Shown here: positions 26,101 through 41,100 of the stretch, piece after piece
Numbering within the stretch: the stretch's first letter is position 1
Layout: each line of letters starts with the position of its first letter
The notes under the pieces: generated by a model
What the model was told of the DNA's origin: nothing
Databases searched by the model: none
Seen by the model: the letters and a program-made list of their open reading frames with translations, nothing else
Assembly: GCA_002633005.1 (NCBI GenBank)
Contig: NMRA01000001.1
Location: forward strand, 314,625 to 378,624
Direction of reading: 5' to 3'
DNA from: Phoronis australis
Taxonomy: Eukaryota > Animalia > Phoronida
Length of the DNA stretch: 64,000 bases
Position numbers and translations under genes: made by a program

Positions 26101-29100
26101 TTCTTTTTGAAGGAATATAGCAACATTTTGAATACTTAACTGCAATACATTATCCTGTAGAAAGCAACCTATGTAACGAGAAATGCTGTGACAAAAACAT
26201 GAAAATTTTTGAAGCCAGTAAACACAATAAAAAAGACTAGTGACGTTCAAGCCAACTTTAAATAACAGACANGAGAGCGGAGGGTGAGGGAGAGAGAGCA
26301 CAAAATATATATTTGCACCATCCTGTAGACCAATGTATTAAAAGCTGAATCAGAATAAATATTCAAAAGATGACTACTTGGTTGATTTTCTTCAAACCGT
26401 ATCAATGTTAACCTCGTTTGTTAGTGTTGCATATTCATGTCAGTCGTACAACTTATAGCATCCATGCATCACCTTATTGAATACATTGTTATGTTGTACA
26501 ATTATACTAATCTCATTTTGAATGGGCAANCAAAAACATGAAAATTTTTGAAGCCAGTAAACACAATAAGAAAGCCAACTTTAAATAACAGACACTAAAC
26601 ATGTCACGCGAGAGAGAGAGGGGGGGAGGGGGACGGAGAGGGAGCAGGGAGAGCAGAGGGTGAGGGAGAGAGAGCACAAAATATGTTTATATTTGCACCA
26701 TCCTGTAGATCAATGTATTAAAAGCTGAATTAGAATAAATATTCAAAAGATGACTACTTGGTTGATTTTCTTCAAACCGTATCAATGTTAACCTCGTTTG
26801 TTAGTGTTGCATATTCATGTCAGTCGTACAACTTATAGCATCCATACATCAACTTATTGAATACATTGTTATTAATCTCATTTTGAATGGGCAAGCACTT
26901 TAATTAAATGTAAAACAATTAATAAGCTGATAACTGACTCGGGGCCAATCCAATGTGACCTTACCAGGCCGGCAACAGCTGCGGTTGTCGTGGCGATTGC
27001 TGGCACTATTCGGCCAGCTACCTTCTTGGTTGTTAGGCGGTCTGCAGGTTCTATGCTGTACATGGCCGCCCGTAGATTCTAGAAAGCATACCACAAGATT
27101 GACATACATCCAAAAGAAAATTATTTGTCGCGTTTACACCAAATAACACATCGAGTTCCTGATCAAGTGCACTCTGGCGTGTGAGAACAAAAAGTCTGAA
27201 AAAATGTCCAGTTCCATTCTCCTAAAAATGGAGACACTAACACGATATCATTCAAGTCTGAATGTTAACCATCTTTAAAAAAAAATACCACTATACAGTT
27301 TAGCTCTCAAACATTTAGTCAAAATATCTGGAGAAACTGTAGACAATATGTAACGGACAGGTTAAGGTGGTTGGATTACAAGCCATCTCGCTGGACAATC
27401 ACACGCCCCACAACCCACCACCCACTGTTTTCTAGATGTGTCTACCCCCATCGCCCCCTAGTGAATGGAATATTCAATGAACTGCACTGTATGTAACACC
27501 ATGCCTGAAACTGATGGCCATCAGATACCAAAATGAAGTCTGATGTGATACATTCAATTGGGCTGTGCTAAGATTGCATCAATGTTGAGCTTATTATTGT
27601 CAAATGGTTGTTCCCATATCAGAGGTCAACTCTTAGCATAAGGTCAGCTCGCCAAATGCAATATTACCAGGTTGTCAAATGGGAACTGAGGTCACCAAAC
27701 CTCGTTGGTATGCGTCGAACATGAAATTAACTTGAAATTCCTGTGAAAATCCCGCAAACACTATCCGCATGTGTGCATGGCTAAAACCCGCCTCACGTTC
27801 AGTAATGCTAGGACCTGGCTAAAAAGTAAGACTTCGCGTGACATATTGCCAGATGTATTATAAATGAGATCACCTGACTTTAGCTAGGTCCTAGCGTAGG
27901 TACTAGCATTATTGAATGCACGTCTGGCATGATCTTTGCCAAATGATTCCAAATTCTGTCTGTTTACTTCCTGTATAATACTTTGAGTTTGTGCACAGAT
28001 GTAAGTAAGGAGACTCCTCAGTGATTAGAGATTTTTACCAAGTTGTCAAAGAAAATATGGGGTCACATTGGCGGCCTGAAAGTCACCACATCAAGCCCTG
28101 CATATTGATACAATCTTTACATGCAACAGCATGGCAGCTGACTTTTGTGACTGTCACAACACAATAGACTACCGTACATGGACCCCCAACAATGTATACT
28201 ACATGGACCACCATCCATGTATACTACATGGACCACCAACAATGTATATTTTCAGAGGACAAAATTTGTGATCTTGCATACAAGCCAGCATCATAGGCAG
28301 CACAATCACTATTCACTAGCGGCGCCTGGTGTGAGTTGCGCGTTTACTTCCAGAAAGTGGCGCCTCCTCAGGGAATTCTATTAGAGAATATAGGGGTTGC
28401 AAGCCTATCCATCATTTATGATCTCGTCCGCCTAAAGTCAAAAACTTTCCGAAAATGCCACCAATCATTTGTAAAATTCTGCAGACCCCAAATTAAACAT
28501 TCTGAAATAATATATGAAACTGACCGAGGCTGCTGTGATGAAGTCAATATGGCTGTTGTCATCAACGTCTTTTTCAAATGTGAGAGGAGACAGTTCGGCA
28601 AATGCTGCAACAGACATCGCACGACAACGTGAGTGCTAGCAATACAGTAATGAACAAAAACATGAAGGATATAGGGAGATCGGTAACTCAATGACAAGTG
28701 ACCAATCAGAACACAGAGGCTATGTATCAGATATAATACGTGAAATGTGTGATTTGTGGATTGTGGCCATACTTGAAAGAAATGAACAATTTGAATGTCA
28801 TTTTTGCAGCTCAGGTAAAATCTTCCTCGATCAGATTCTCGTACTAGACTATCACTCCTAGCTGTTGCTATAGCGACTGCAAAGTAAGGAAGCGTGATTT
28901 TACCACTTTCAAAAGGACATTGTCGCATTAACCGCCAAAAAACACAATGTCATTTTCAAGAATATTTTTAGATATGGAAGACTTCTTGAAGTTATTAACA
29001 TTGACCAGAGCTAATCTGTTGTTATTACAAATCACCAATTCCTGTCGTTGTCTGCTGGCCATTCGCCGAAATAAAAGCCTATGACTGTACAAGTTTGATA

Positions 29101-32100
29101 ACCATTATTTATTAAGTGAAGTTTAGCTCAAGCAGCAGAACAATCGACTGCGGTCACAGGGGTTGCAGCAGCCGAGGGGGTTACAGTGGCCATGGGGATT
29201 GCTGCAGCTATGGGTGTTGATGTGGCTCTGGGGGGTGCTGCGGCTCTGGGGGGTTTCAGCGGACGTGGGGTTTGCTGGAGCCGTGGGGGTTGCAGCGGCT
29301 CTTAAGATTGCTATGGTCGTGGAGGTTACAACAGCCGTGGGGGTTGCTGTGACCGTGGGGCCTGCAACGGCTGTGGGGATACAGTGGCTATGGGGGTTGT
29401 TGCTGATGGCCGTGGTTTCAGCGGTCATAGAGTTGCAGCGGACGTGAGGGTTTGCTGNGCAATGGCTGTGGGGATACAGTGGCTATGGGGGTTGTTGCTG
29501 ATGGCCGTGGTTTCAGCGGTCATAGAGTTGCAGCGGACGTGAGGGTTTGCTGCCGCCGTGGGGGGTGCTATGACCATGGGGGGTGCAGTTAAGTCTGTAC
29601 TGGAGCCAACCTAATAAAATCAATTTTCTCAACAACACTGTCCATTTAACCTAGTCAAATCAATTGATAAGTGAGACATACATGTAGCCGCATTGTGCTA
29701 GTCTGCGTCACTGTGAGAAAACAGCAAACAACAAAGGCAACCTAGTTTTGAACATTTGCTGTTATCAATGTTAGAAGTATGCATCTGCCGCGGGTAGTGT
29801 ATACTGAATAGAGCATCAATGGATGACGCTGTTGCTTGCAGCTGCTTGAATTAACTGAATGTAACCACGGTGACTTACATGTTGATGAAAGTCCGGCAAT
29901 AAGCCATTAACCGTTCATTGCATTTCGCAATTTATGACCTTAGTGTGAACAACGTGAATGCCTTTAAAATGTTGAAGGAAGAAGATTCACATGGTTGTGT
30001 TACCGTTCATGGTAGGCTTTAAACCTGCTAATCTCCAATTAATAACAGCGACACCTAGTGTTCAGTCACGGAATTAACCCAAGTCAAATCTAAAATTAAT
30101 ACAGATTTAAACGATACAGGAGATGCTCTTTCCTAAATAGTAAACATCCTTACTGTTAACAAAAGTCATACACTCCTCATTCCATCTTCCAAAAGTCACA
30201 CATTCTATCCAAACAGACATGACATTAGGCAAATGCTGGTCAAGTAAGAAGATTGCGTAATAAACAACTGAGTAGTATCGTCATCTATGAAAATCCCAAG
30301 GTACTGTAGCTGGGTGTGCAAATAATGAAGCTGTTACCAGTAACACACATGTCAAGGGCCTGCCTTCATACTTTCTCCCAACAGTGCATCTCAAGCACGA
30401 TACTGACCTCCGTCTCTTGTCTGCGCCTCTTGGATCCACCTCCCCGCCATCTCCAATTCATCCTCCGCGACATTTGTCTGAGTCTCCGCCTCTTCTCGCT
30501 TCACTGTCTCGTCTGTCACTATCACCTGGCAACAAATCAGCAGACGTCTGTCATTCACACTCAACAACCACCCAATCACATTGGCTGGCATTTGGGTCAC
30601 CACATGACATCATTAAGTCAAACACTAAGATGGCAGACGATTCGATTCCTCGTTGCTAGAGAAAGGTAAATAGAGGTGAAATATGATTGGTAAGACCATT
30701 TGCAGTTTTCGAAACATGTCAAGGGAGTTTGATTGGGTTATTACTAACACACTGAACAAGCACTTTCCTCCCATTCTTTTGACCAAGTGGTGAAAAGCCC
30801 TCCGGTGGACTTTCAGCACTGTTTAAGAGCTGAGTATTGGCTAGCGACTAATGTACACTTACCTTTGTGGAAGGCTTGAACCCTGGAACTTGCACACCCT
30901 TGAGCAACTGCAGAACATTGTCTGCTTCGAGGTCACCAGAGCAGACGTGAATGCCATGTACGTCTGCTATTAGTCTGGCCGTGTGGATAATGAAAGACAC
31001 GTGTCTGAAGAAAAAAAGATAAAAGTTACGATGAAAAATGGTGACACAGGAAGACTGGTTCTATGGCAGCAGATGTGTGTAAGAAAGGTGTGCCACAATA
31101 TATCTGGGCCCAAAACTGGTTCTATGGCAGCAGACGTGTGTAAGAAATGTGTGCCACAATATATCTGGGCCCAAAACTGGTTGTACGGCAACAGACGTGT
31201 GTATGAAAGGTGTGCCACCATACATCTGAGCCCAAAAACGCCACAATTTCCTCCGTTTTATGCAATCACAGCTTTTCCATAAAACCTAAAAGTTTTGATA
31301 GCCGCTCACAAATAAGCGACACAATTTAAAACAATTCCTACAAGTATTTTAAAGAACAGTACATACAGCTGGACGTTTTATATGAATTTGTTATTAAGCT
31401 ACTTCAGAGATATGATGTTCTGCAGTTAGCCAAAGTTGGACATTTTTCTGGGGTCCTTTCATTATTAAGAATTTAATGAGCACTGCTCATTGTTGACATA
31501 TCAATGTCATTTGTAACAACAAAAACATAATTTGAGGTGAACATTTTTTCATAGTAAATCATAAACTCAATACATTAAGAATGTTTGCATATTTGATGTT
31601 TTCATTTCAATAATGCCATGGCCGAAATTGATATTCATTAAACTAATTGCTTAGCTCTCAGTGCAGTGTTAACATTAGACACAATCGGCAAATTTTTTTA
31701 TAGATTTGCTGACCCTGCTTAATAACAAAATGATATCTTACACTGAATCTGTGGAATCAAACACCACGGGGGTAGGAGGTCTTTTGGGCGACTGCCAAAA
31801 CAATGCTGTAAAATGAAGATAACAATATTTTCTGAAAAATAATCTAACTGCTGTTTTTTCAGAATGTAAGAACTTCAAAGGTCAGAAAAAGTAAACAATG
31901 AGAAACAGTGCACGGTTGACTTCAGGCATAGCAATAACATAAAACATACAGATATGAGATTGATAAGCAATTTCCTCATCCACTTGCACAAAAATCACCA
32001 CTGACTAAAAGCCCCTGCATGATAGATAGAGATGTCTGATTTTATTTGTTTTCAGGAACACGAAAATTTAATGTAAATTCCTAAGTTTCGTGTTTCGTGA

Positions 32101-35100
32101 TCAGCATCATTCTGCTACGTTCTTACAACAGATCACATTTTATTTTCAATTTAATACCAAACATACTCTAAAATACATCTAAAATTTAGTGAATCATCCT
32201 TTGCTTGGCCTACGACAGAAATGGTAAGGTATTCCTGCCGGAAATGATCACGTGGTCTTGTTGTCATGAAAGCATAACGTCAAAAATTTCAGATACCAAC
32301 TTACTGCCATCTGGTAACTTCCTGTCTAGAGGGAACGCATGAAGAAGCTGTTTAGCCTGCAACACCAGATATCAAGGTTAAATATCAAGGACAAATATCA
32401 AGAACCAATTGAAGTTCAAATATTAAGGTCGAATATTGAGTTTGAATATCAAGGTCAAATATCAAGGTCAAATATCAAGGTCAAATATTAGGCTAGCATA
32501 AAATCAAGGTCTTCAAATAAAAAACAAATAATTTGGTTATACATTACAAACTAAGAAACAACTCTTCACAAATTCAGTGCACTGAAAACATGAAATGGAT
32601 GTTCTAGAGTTTGACTCAAAGGGTTGCACTGGTTGAATGCAAAGTAACATGTAGGAAAGTGCTCACTTTTTTCAACATGCTACACAGAGGATGATTCCTT
32701 CATTATGAACAGGACAGAGCATCATTGATTCTCTGTTGCATAATATTGGCAGAAAATGAGAAAAATATATTTCATTAATATTATGCCTTATTTGCAAAAT
32801 AAAAGAAACACTAATTAAAGTGTTGCAAACTACTTACTGGTTGTAAACTAGTAAGAGGGCATTGAGATGTGAAATTATAGATAAATGAGACTTGTCTCCC
32901 CTGTTTGCTGACTGTATGTTACAAGCTCATATGTCACAGAAAACAATGCTGCAGTCCACCACTGTCAGCTGGCACAGTGTAGGCTTCTCATGATGTGACA
33001 GATCAGGTGTCAAATTGCCAAAAATGTTTTATCTCAAATTAACATGACTACCATGCAGCCTAAAATTTAGTTTTTAATTAAAATTCATTTTATTTAAAAA
33101 TTATAATTAATTGTAAATATTTTTGACACCGAAGAGACATCACTTCCTAATTTAAGACCATGAGCAAAAGAAAAATCAACCAGCACAACAGACTTGAAAC
33201 AGATTTCATCAAAACATTAAGAAATTCAAATCAATACCTTGTGATTGAAATTCTTCTCAAACCTAATCCTAGCCAATCTTACACAGTCACAAAAGGATGT
33301 CGGACGACACGTTAGAAGTTTACTGGCCTGTAGAGCGCCATCTATGGAGCAGCCGCTGGAGAGTTTCTGAGATAGAAATAGCAATTTTCTTTTCAACTGA
33401 CAAAATTAATGTGAATTGAGTGCTTGGTCCACATATTAATTTCAAATAATTCCAAACCACGTACACAGATCACAAAGTTATCAAATTATGTTAAATGCAC
33501 TGGACTCTCAGTCCAATTTTACACAAAAAGTTTCAAGTACTTACTAAAATTGCAATTTTCAAGTTGACATCATCGACATAAATGCACATAGATGCTATTG
33601 AAAGTCACTAATTGACACTTTCTAAACAATAATCCAAACCTCCCCAGTCCTCCCTACCTCAAGTTGCCCAGTCACCCAGTCACATGTCAGTTGAACCCTG
33701 TTTTGTGAGTGTCTGAACAAAGTGTAGTTTTTTGGATAAGACTTTTGAAGTTTACCCTTACTTGCAGAATGCCATACAAACCTTTCGTGAATAATGAAAC
33801 TTGATAAAACATCAACACTACTCAGTTATTGAACAAAATGTACAGCGTCAAACATCCCATATCAGTTTGAATTAATTATGCAAATCAAAATTAAAGAACA
33901 AATCAGATTGCACAAGATGAAGATGCCATTTTGAATTGATTAGATAAATTTGAAAAAATTAACCAATCAGATTCACAAATTATAGCAACATCATTTCAAA
34001 GTAATCATGCTTGACTACCAACCTCTGCGACCTCTTCATGCTGTGGGTGTTCAGACCAAAATTTGTTGAATGCTTCTGGCTTTTGGGTGAATGAGCTCAG
34101 AAACTGAAACAACACGGTTTAATAGAAACTTTCACCACTTAAATTATCTTGAAAAATGGACTGCTTGTCTGACCAGACTATATCTTTAACTGCAATCAAA
34201 TTTGAATATTCATTTATGAAGCAGATCGGAAATTTCCAATCTGTTTAACACCCACCTCAAAGCTACGGGTAACACTTATGTGCGCATGTTATCAGACTTG
34301 AAGTGTTTACTATGAGAATTTAGTTATCATCTCAGTCAAGAAAGTATAATTCTAGTTTACTCAATAATATTGAAAGCTAACAAAACAATGGATACATGCT
34401 AACAGTATTCAGACAACACGACACAAAGTACCCATCGTAACAGCTGGGAAGACGTTGAATTCATGAGAGTACCCTTATCAAATGTCTGAGAAAGAAGGGA
34501 ATTCAACAGGAACCTTAACAGAGTGATGGCCATTTTGTAATTAGATTTTTTTGCAGTTCACAGAATGAGCCATCAACACAGGGGAACTGTATTACATCAG
34601 ACAGATTTTGTCGTAGATTTGTAAGTCTTCAAGATAATCTAAGGTTGATATTAAAAATGATTACGCATGAAGGTGATTCAGAAACAAATCTTTGTACTTT
34701 TGGTCAAAATTAGCAGTAGTTACATTGTTAGTTAGTAACTAGTTGCACTACAGTTAGTATTTTTAGTAAATAGTTACTAAATAATTACCTTTTCTCTGGC
34801 CCACTGTATACAATGTTGAATGGTGGCCGGGAAAGACTTGAGCGTACAGTAAGGAATGTCTTCATCCACCGGATCTTGCTATAGTTGGAGAAAGTAAACA
34901 GGGTCGTGTGATTCACAGAACGTGACAATTTTTGTCCTAATTGATGAATTAAGAAGGAATATGGGAGACTGGTCATAGAAGTCACAAATACAATTTATGA
35001 AGATGGGCTTTCAACTTGAGTAATGGTCGGGACATGCCCGCATTTTGAGAACCAGTTTCCTCCACAGAATAATGGACATCGAACTGGTTCTGAAAAGATG

Positions 35101-38100
35101 AGACGTTTCACACTTACTAACATTGCAACTTCCATTTTGCATCATCCTGCCTCCATCCATCCTACCCTGGACCTACATGTTGCTAAATATGACCTCTGAT
35201 AAAACAGGCCCCAGAAGGTCAACACCTGCAGAATTTAAACAGACCTGACTTGTGTATGACTCTGTCAAGTGTGGCACAATAACTTGCACATGACCTTTGG
35301 CCCCCATTGTTCCTGACTCCAGCAGAGGCTTCTGATTGGACACACAGCGCCTGCAAAATGGCCAATCACAACAGGATAGTTTATGTTCTGTCAGTTAGCT
35401 GTTATTTAGAAATATCCACAAGCTTGAAACCAGAGCAGCAATACACTGAAAAGAAAACAGTACTCAGTTTCATGTCAGTTCCCCTATCACATAACTATAA
35501 TTGTGCCCGCGGACTAACCTCTGTACTACAAACTTGACTCAAAAACGGACCAATGGTATGGCAAGCATGCTTAGGCTAAACTTACAAATTTGTACTCGAA
35601 AACTGCAGCGTAACTAAATCTCCTTAGAGTACGAGTCAATCCTGAGTTTGGAGATAAGACACTGGTACCTGATTTCAAAAATTCCATTAAAATTCGTCGT
35701 AAATCACCATAAGTTGACAAAACAAAATTTTAGAATTCCTTTATTGCTCTTTTAGCCACCAAGTTTGTCCAGGATTTTCTATGAACGTCTCTTCTTACAA
35801 GAATTTGTAGCAAGTTAAAGACTCAGTAAAACTACTGGAAGTTTTTATGATAGCATTAGTTATCTGGTTAACTTTTGTCAGTAACTAAATGATCAAAATT
35901 TGTAAGTCATGTGCTATAGAGGAAATTACAGTGAGACCTGCAAAGATCACACTTCTAGCAAAAATCTAGTCACAAAATGTATTTCTGCAATCATCAAGGA
36001 GTTTAAAAATAAGATTCCATGTATTTAAAAGACATAATTGAAGAATTTCCTTGGCACCAAGAGAAGGTATTTTAAAATTCATCCTTTTACGCACAAAAGA
36101 CGACGGTGAAAATTTACTCTCAACAAATTAAACTAAAACAAAAATTCACAGACAATGACAACTGTGTCATACCTGTCCATATATCTTCTGGCTTGAACAT
36201 TATCCAGAGCGTTCACCGCAACATCTATTCCTTCAAAGAATCTATCTGGATATGCTGTGGATTCTGTTTGAGGGCACACTGTGAGTAAAGTATTGCACAA
36301 TGAATAGCACAGCATGTTGGTGGCGGCAATAGGATACGTGGGACCACCGACTCTTACTGCCACCTGGCTGTACCAGGAATAACTACTTTTTTACAGGTGG
36401 CATGGGGGAACGTGCTGACTTCATGAAAAGACCCGTTGGCAGCGCATGTGATTCGACGGGATGCAACATCATGCAACAAGCAAACTTAAAAGATCAGTGT
36501 ATTTAGATTTGTTTTATGCAAAACAGCCCCAGAGGAAATTCACTAGAAACAATTGCTTTGAAATTTTGCACATTTTGAGAAAAGAAATATTGACTGTCAA
36601 GAGAACTCGGTTTGGGAAATTAATAATCACAGTAAATATCATCATGATGATGTCTTTACCATCGACTATGATTACCATTAACACTTACTATATACCATTA
36701 CCATAACTGTGTACCATAACTGTGTACCATAAATACTGTACCAATACCATAACTGTGTACCACAACTGTGCACCATTAACATTAAGTGTTTACGCTTACC
36801 ATTTACCAGTATCAAGTCTATAACCTGAAGGTCACCATACCTAGGTGTTGTTGAGCCTCTATGTTAAGTTCTTTGTTTATCTCCAGTATCGCCATGGCAG
36901 CCGTTTTACTCTTGGGTTGTTGAATATGTTGGGAACGGAACAGAAACTGCCTGTTGAGGTTGGACTTCTCAATCAGGTCATTGTCAGTGACCGTGACCTA
37001 GTTAGCAAGATAAAGAACAAATAAAGTGCCATTCAGAATGATATGCGTACATAAAAGCTTTCAAGCACAGCAAACAATACTGCAGTCTGATTGGAGGCAA
37101 CAACCATCACATAGACCTTGTCTAATAACATACATTCAATGAAATAATATAAAAATGCAAATAAACGGCATTATATTGATGGTCACTTTTTTATCATCTT
37201 TATTTATTGTTACAAAATAGCATGACTTCTAAATCATATCTTAACCAGAAATAGTGATTATTACGGTGAGTTGACAAATGAAACAAAAAGTGGGGGTTAG
37301 GGCAGTGAGCAAGGGTTAGGGAAGTGGGCAAGTTAGGGCAGTGGGCAGGGGTTAGGGCAAAGAGTAAAAGTTTCTCAATTTAACTTTAATTTGAAACCTA
37401 TTCTTAATCATTAAGGTCAAAAAGGTGATTGGTGCTGAGTTCCAAATTCATTTACCGTATTCACCTAATAAGCACCCAGGGCGCTTAGAAAAATTCGCTT
37501 CAGGAAGGGGGGGGCACCTATTATAGCCCAAAGTGGTTGAAACCCGGTCTCCGAAACAGGTGAAATCGTAAGCTAGAATTGATCAAATTTACACTCTGTG
37601 ATGCATCTGTAACCTATGACAGAGTTTCTACAAAATTGCAGTGCATTGCTATCAGACTTTGCTGTTAAATTACAAGCATTTTTCAGAAAATCCCAGTGCG
37701 AAAACAGGCTGACTGATGCGCCGCTGCCTCGCAATCGCCGACAGGTCAACTTGAATTCTTTATTAAAAATACAGTTTCGACTCAACAAATTACCCGAAGT
37801 CCTTCTTAAGTCTTCAAAATAGCGTCACTAACATTTCTAAGTTCCTCTTGAGTCGGGATTAAGTACATATTAAGTACAAATCGGCGCTAGATCGTACTTT
37901 GCCACACGAGAAAAATCTCTGGACGAACACGCGTTGTTGTCACGTGATGTTTGTTTTAAAGTTCGTCTGCGTGACTGTAAATGAGTGAGCGTGTGCGTGT
38001 CATTTGCCTGAGGGTAAACACGAAGTAACGATCTGGGTGTGCATTGTAACTAAAAAAAAATAACAAAAGAAGTAAAAACAGAACGTGTTTTATTTAGCAC

Positions 38101-41100
38101 TTGTTGATCTCATCTGCTAAAAAACGTTCGAGAGTTGTCTTGGTAAGGCCGATATTGAGTCACCGGGTGACTGGATGCGTGACAGTCTAACAGACTTATT
38201 TTTCGGGAGATTCGGGGGTGTAAGGGTGCTGAAGTGTTCACTATCAGTGGGTCATTTTAACTTAACACCAATTACGATTAATTTAATAATTCCTCCTAAA
38301 AATAATGCAAAGTTAACATTTTTTATGGTATTAGAAACTTTCAGAAATAAGTGTCAGTATTCATTTCTTGCCGATGCTATGCTACCCGTTTCATGAATAG
38401 ATAGTTCCCGATGACTAATCTTCAATGACAGGTACTTGTATGTAGTGTGCACTTCCTCGCCACGTGCTTTTAACAAAGGTCAAGTTTTTATTAGTCTTTG
38501 ATTCGCGGTTTTCAAGTATATTTGGATTCCTGTTGAGGGCGAAGATCTGTACAGGAAAGATACAATACAATCCTTTGACAAGTACGCTGCGTCTGTTTTG
38601 AAAGGCAAGACCATAATAGGACACGTCCCTCGCATTATTTTTGAAGCACGACAGAAGTTAGAAGTGTACAGTCACGGCTAAAATACCGGCATAGTAGCGA
38701 GGCTCGTGGTCCACAAATTCCGCTCACAATGATTTTTTCAGGACTGTCGGATCTTATTGATAAATTGAAGACATTACTGTAGAGTTTTAGAAATGTAGGT
38801 GAAGCATTTTTCACATATACACGGCGATCATGGAATGGGCGCTTATTTTTAGCAAAGTCTGAAAACGCGTGGGGGATGCTTACAGGGGCATGGGCGCTTA
38901 TTAGGTCAAATGCAGAAGTTCACAAAATCTACTTTAGGCATAATTGAAAAAGAGAACTTCACATCGCTAAAAATAATAAGGGGGTGTTATTTAATTTTCC
39001 TTTTAACAGTCAGAATTAATCAGGCATTGAACACAATATTTTTTAGCCTAACAAGACAACTTTCCTGGCAGAAATTACTAAAGGCCCATTCACACAGCCG
39101 ATCATGCATGAATCACTCATACAACACGCACAAATTCAAATTGACCAAATTTTCCGGGTGTAGAGGTTAGAAATCACTGACAAATAACTGACGAATCACC
39201 TATGGCCCACGCACATATCACTTACAATCACTGATGAATCACTGACATATCGCGCATATCGATGCATACAAACCAAAATGATATGTTTGTCAGTGGATGT
39301 CAGTGGAATGAACGTCATATATGCGTATTTCATGCGTGATATGAAGGTGGGGCGTCAGTGGACGGACGTGGACGTGCGTGATTTCGAACCAGTTCTGACG
39401 CATAAGCACTGATAGCAAACGCGTGTCCAGCGCATAATCACGCATACTCGACGCATAAACTACGCACGTCAACTCACGAATTACGCGCACCGACGCAGAG
39501 TTGTGCGTTGGAAAATTTTTGAACCGTTCAAAACTCAAAATTGCGCACAAACCCCCCTCGATGCACATCCACATTGGTTCCACCGACCAATTATGCATAC
39601 GACGCAAGCTTCACGCATAAGCGAAAATCTGTGCGTAATTCATGCGTAATCGGCTGTGTGACTGGGCCTTAACAAAACACTCGACTTTCACTCAACATGC
39701 GATTTAAAGTGATCTGGTGTGATGTTGCTACAACTTCCAAGATTGTTTTACAAAAAGCACTCCCAGTGTATCTTGGAAAGCAACAAGCCACCTGACGACT
39801 TTTAAGGAGACAAAAGTCGAACCGTTTACGACTTCAGTGCAGACATAGTAGAGAAATCATGTAGCTTACCTTTCCACCAGCAGATGATATCCCCAACATG
39901 GCATAATTCTTCAACATTTCACAGCCAATAGCACCACATCCAACCTTCAAATGTCAAAAAGACACAATAGTCAAACACAAGCACTGGCCAAATGATGAGC
40001 AATTGTGACAATTGTGAATTTCATATTTTTGTTGCATGAGGATTTTGTAATGTCGAAATTTGCAGCCCATCCCAACAGAACATTTTTGGTGGCATCAGTG
40101 AGACATTCTATTCAATACACACAGTGCATGTCCTGAATATTTTGCCTTTGGAAACCTGTTTTTAATCAACTAAGGTTCCCGGGTTGCTTTAATAAACTTA
40201 CAATAGAAATATATGGCTTTGTTTACTTAATTAAAAAAACATGAAATTTGCTAAAGGTGTAGTGGGTCGGCAATTTTTTTATGGCGCGCACGTTTCAAAT
40301 TAAGTTAGGCACATAATAGAACCACTTGAGGCAGCCATATCTTGCCGAATGCACATCGGGTGGCAGCACTGGCTAACATGGTCGCATTGTTGGCTGTGCT
40401 CGACTGATACAAGATTTCTGACAGTTATGTAATATATAACAGAAACACTTAAGTTAAAAGACGAAAAAAATACAGAAACAATTCCCCATGATCCCAGAAA
40501 CTGTAACAGTACTCACCATGAATAGATTCAGATCTGCCAACTGTCTACATACTGAGTCTCCCACACATATCCTCAGAGGGTCATAGCGGTCATTTCTGCA
40601 ACAAGAACACTGTTTCAAACTGATGCTTAGTGCCACGACCTATGCCTGGATTTCTTGAAAGTGCCACACTATGTAATTAGCAATTGTTAGGGAAATTAAC
40701 ATTTGTGTTTCATGTGGGCTGTGGCTGGCTATGTGCTGGCAGCTGGGAAGTGAAATAAATCAGTCGCGTCCAGGATTGCGGTGTATTTCTCACTTAATTT
40801 CTATTCTGAAATTAAGGATCAAAGGAATTCACTTTTACACAATCAGTGAGCTTCATTTCTTCCAGTGCTATCATGTAAAATGAGAAACCCAAACTCGCCA
40901 TATTCAAGAGCCAAATGAAGGGGTTCTACCCATTGGCAAAAACATGTTCTAAGACACAGATTTTCACATTTACCAAGTCGATCAACATTCAGTGCCATTT
41001 TTTTTCAATTTTGGTCTTATTTAGCGCTGTTTGCCGGTTCAATATTCATCAAAAAAATCTCTTTTTTTCTCAGCAACCATGTCGCATCAAGCGAAGATTT

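Noticed and set aside
29123-29447. Ala/Thr/Pro-rich and Val/Gly-rich overlapping ORFs
   Set aside because: They derive from a degenerate minisatellite, partly duplicated across N29458.
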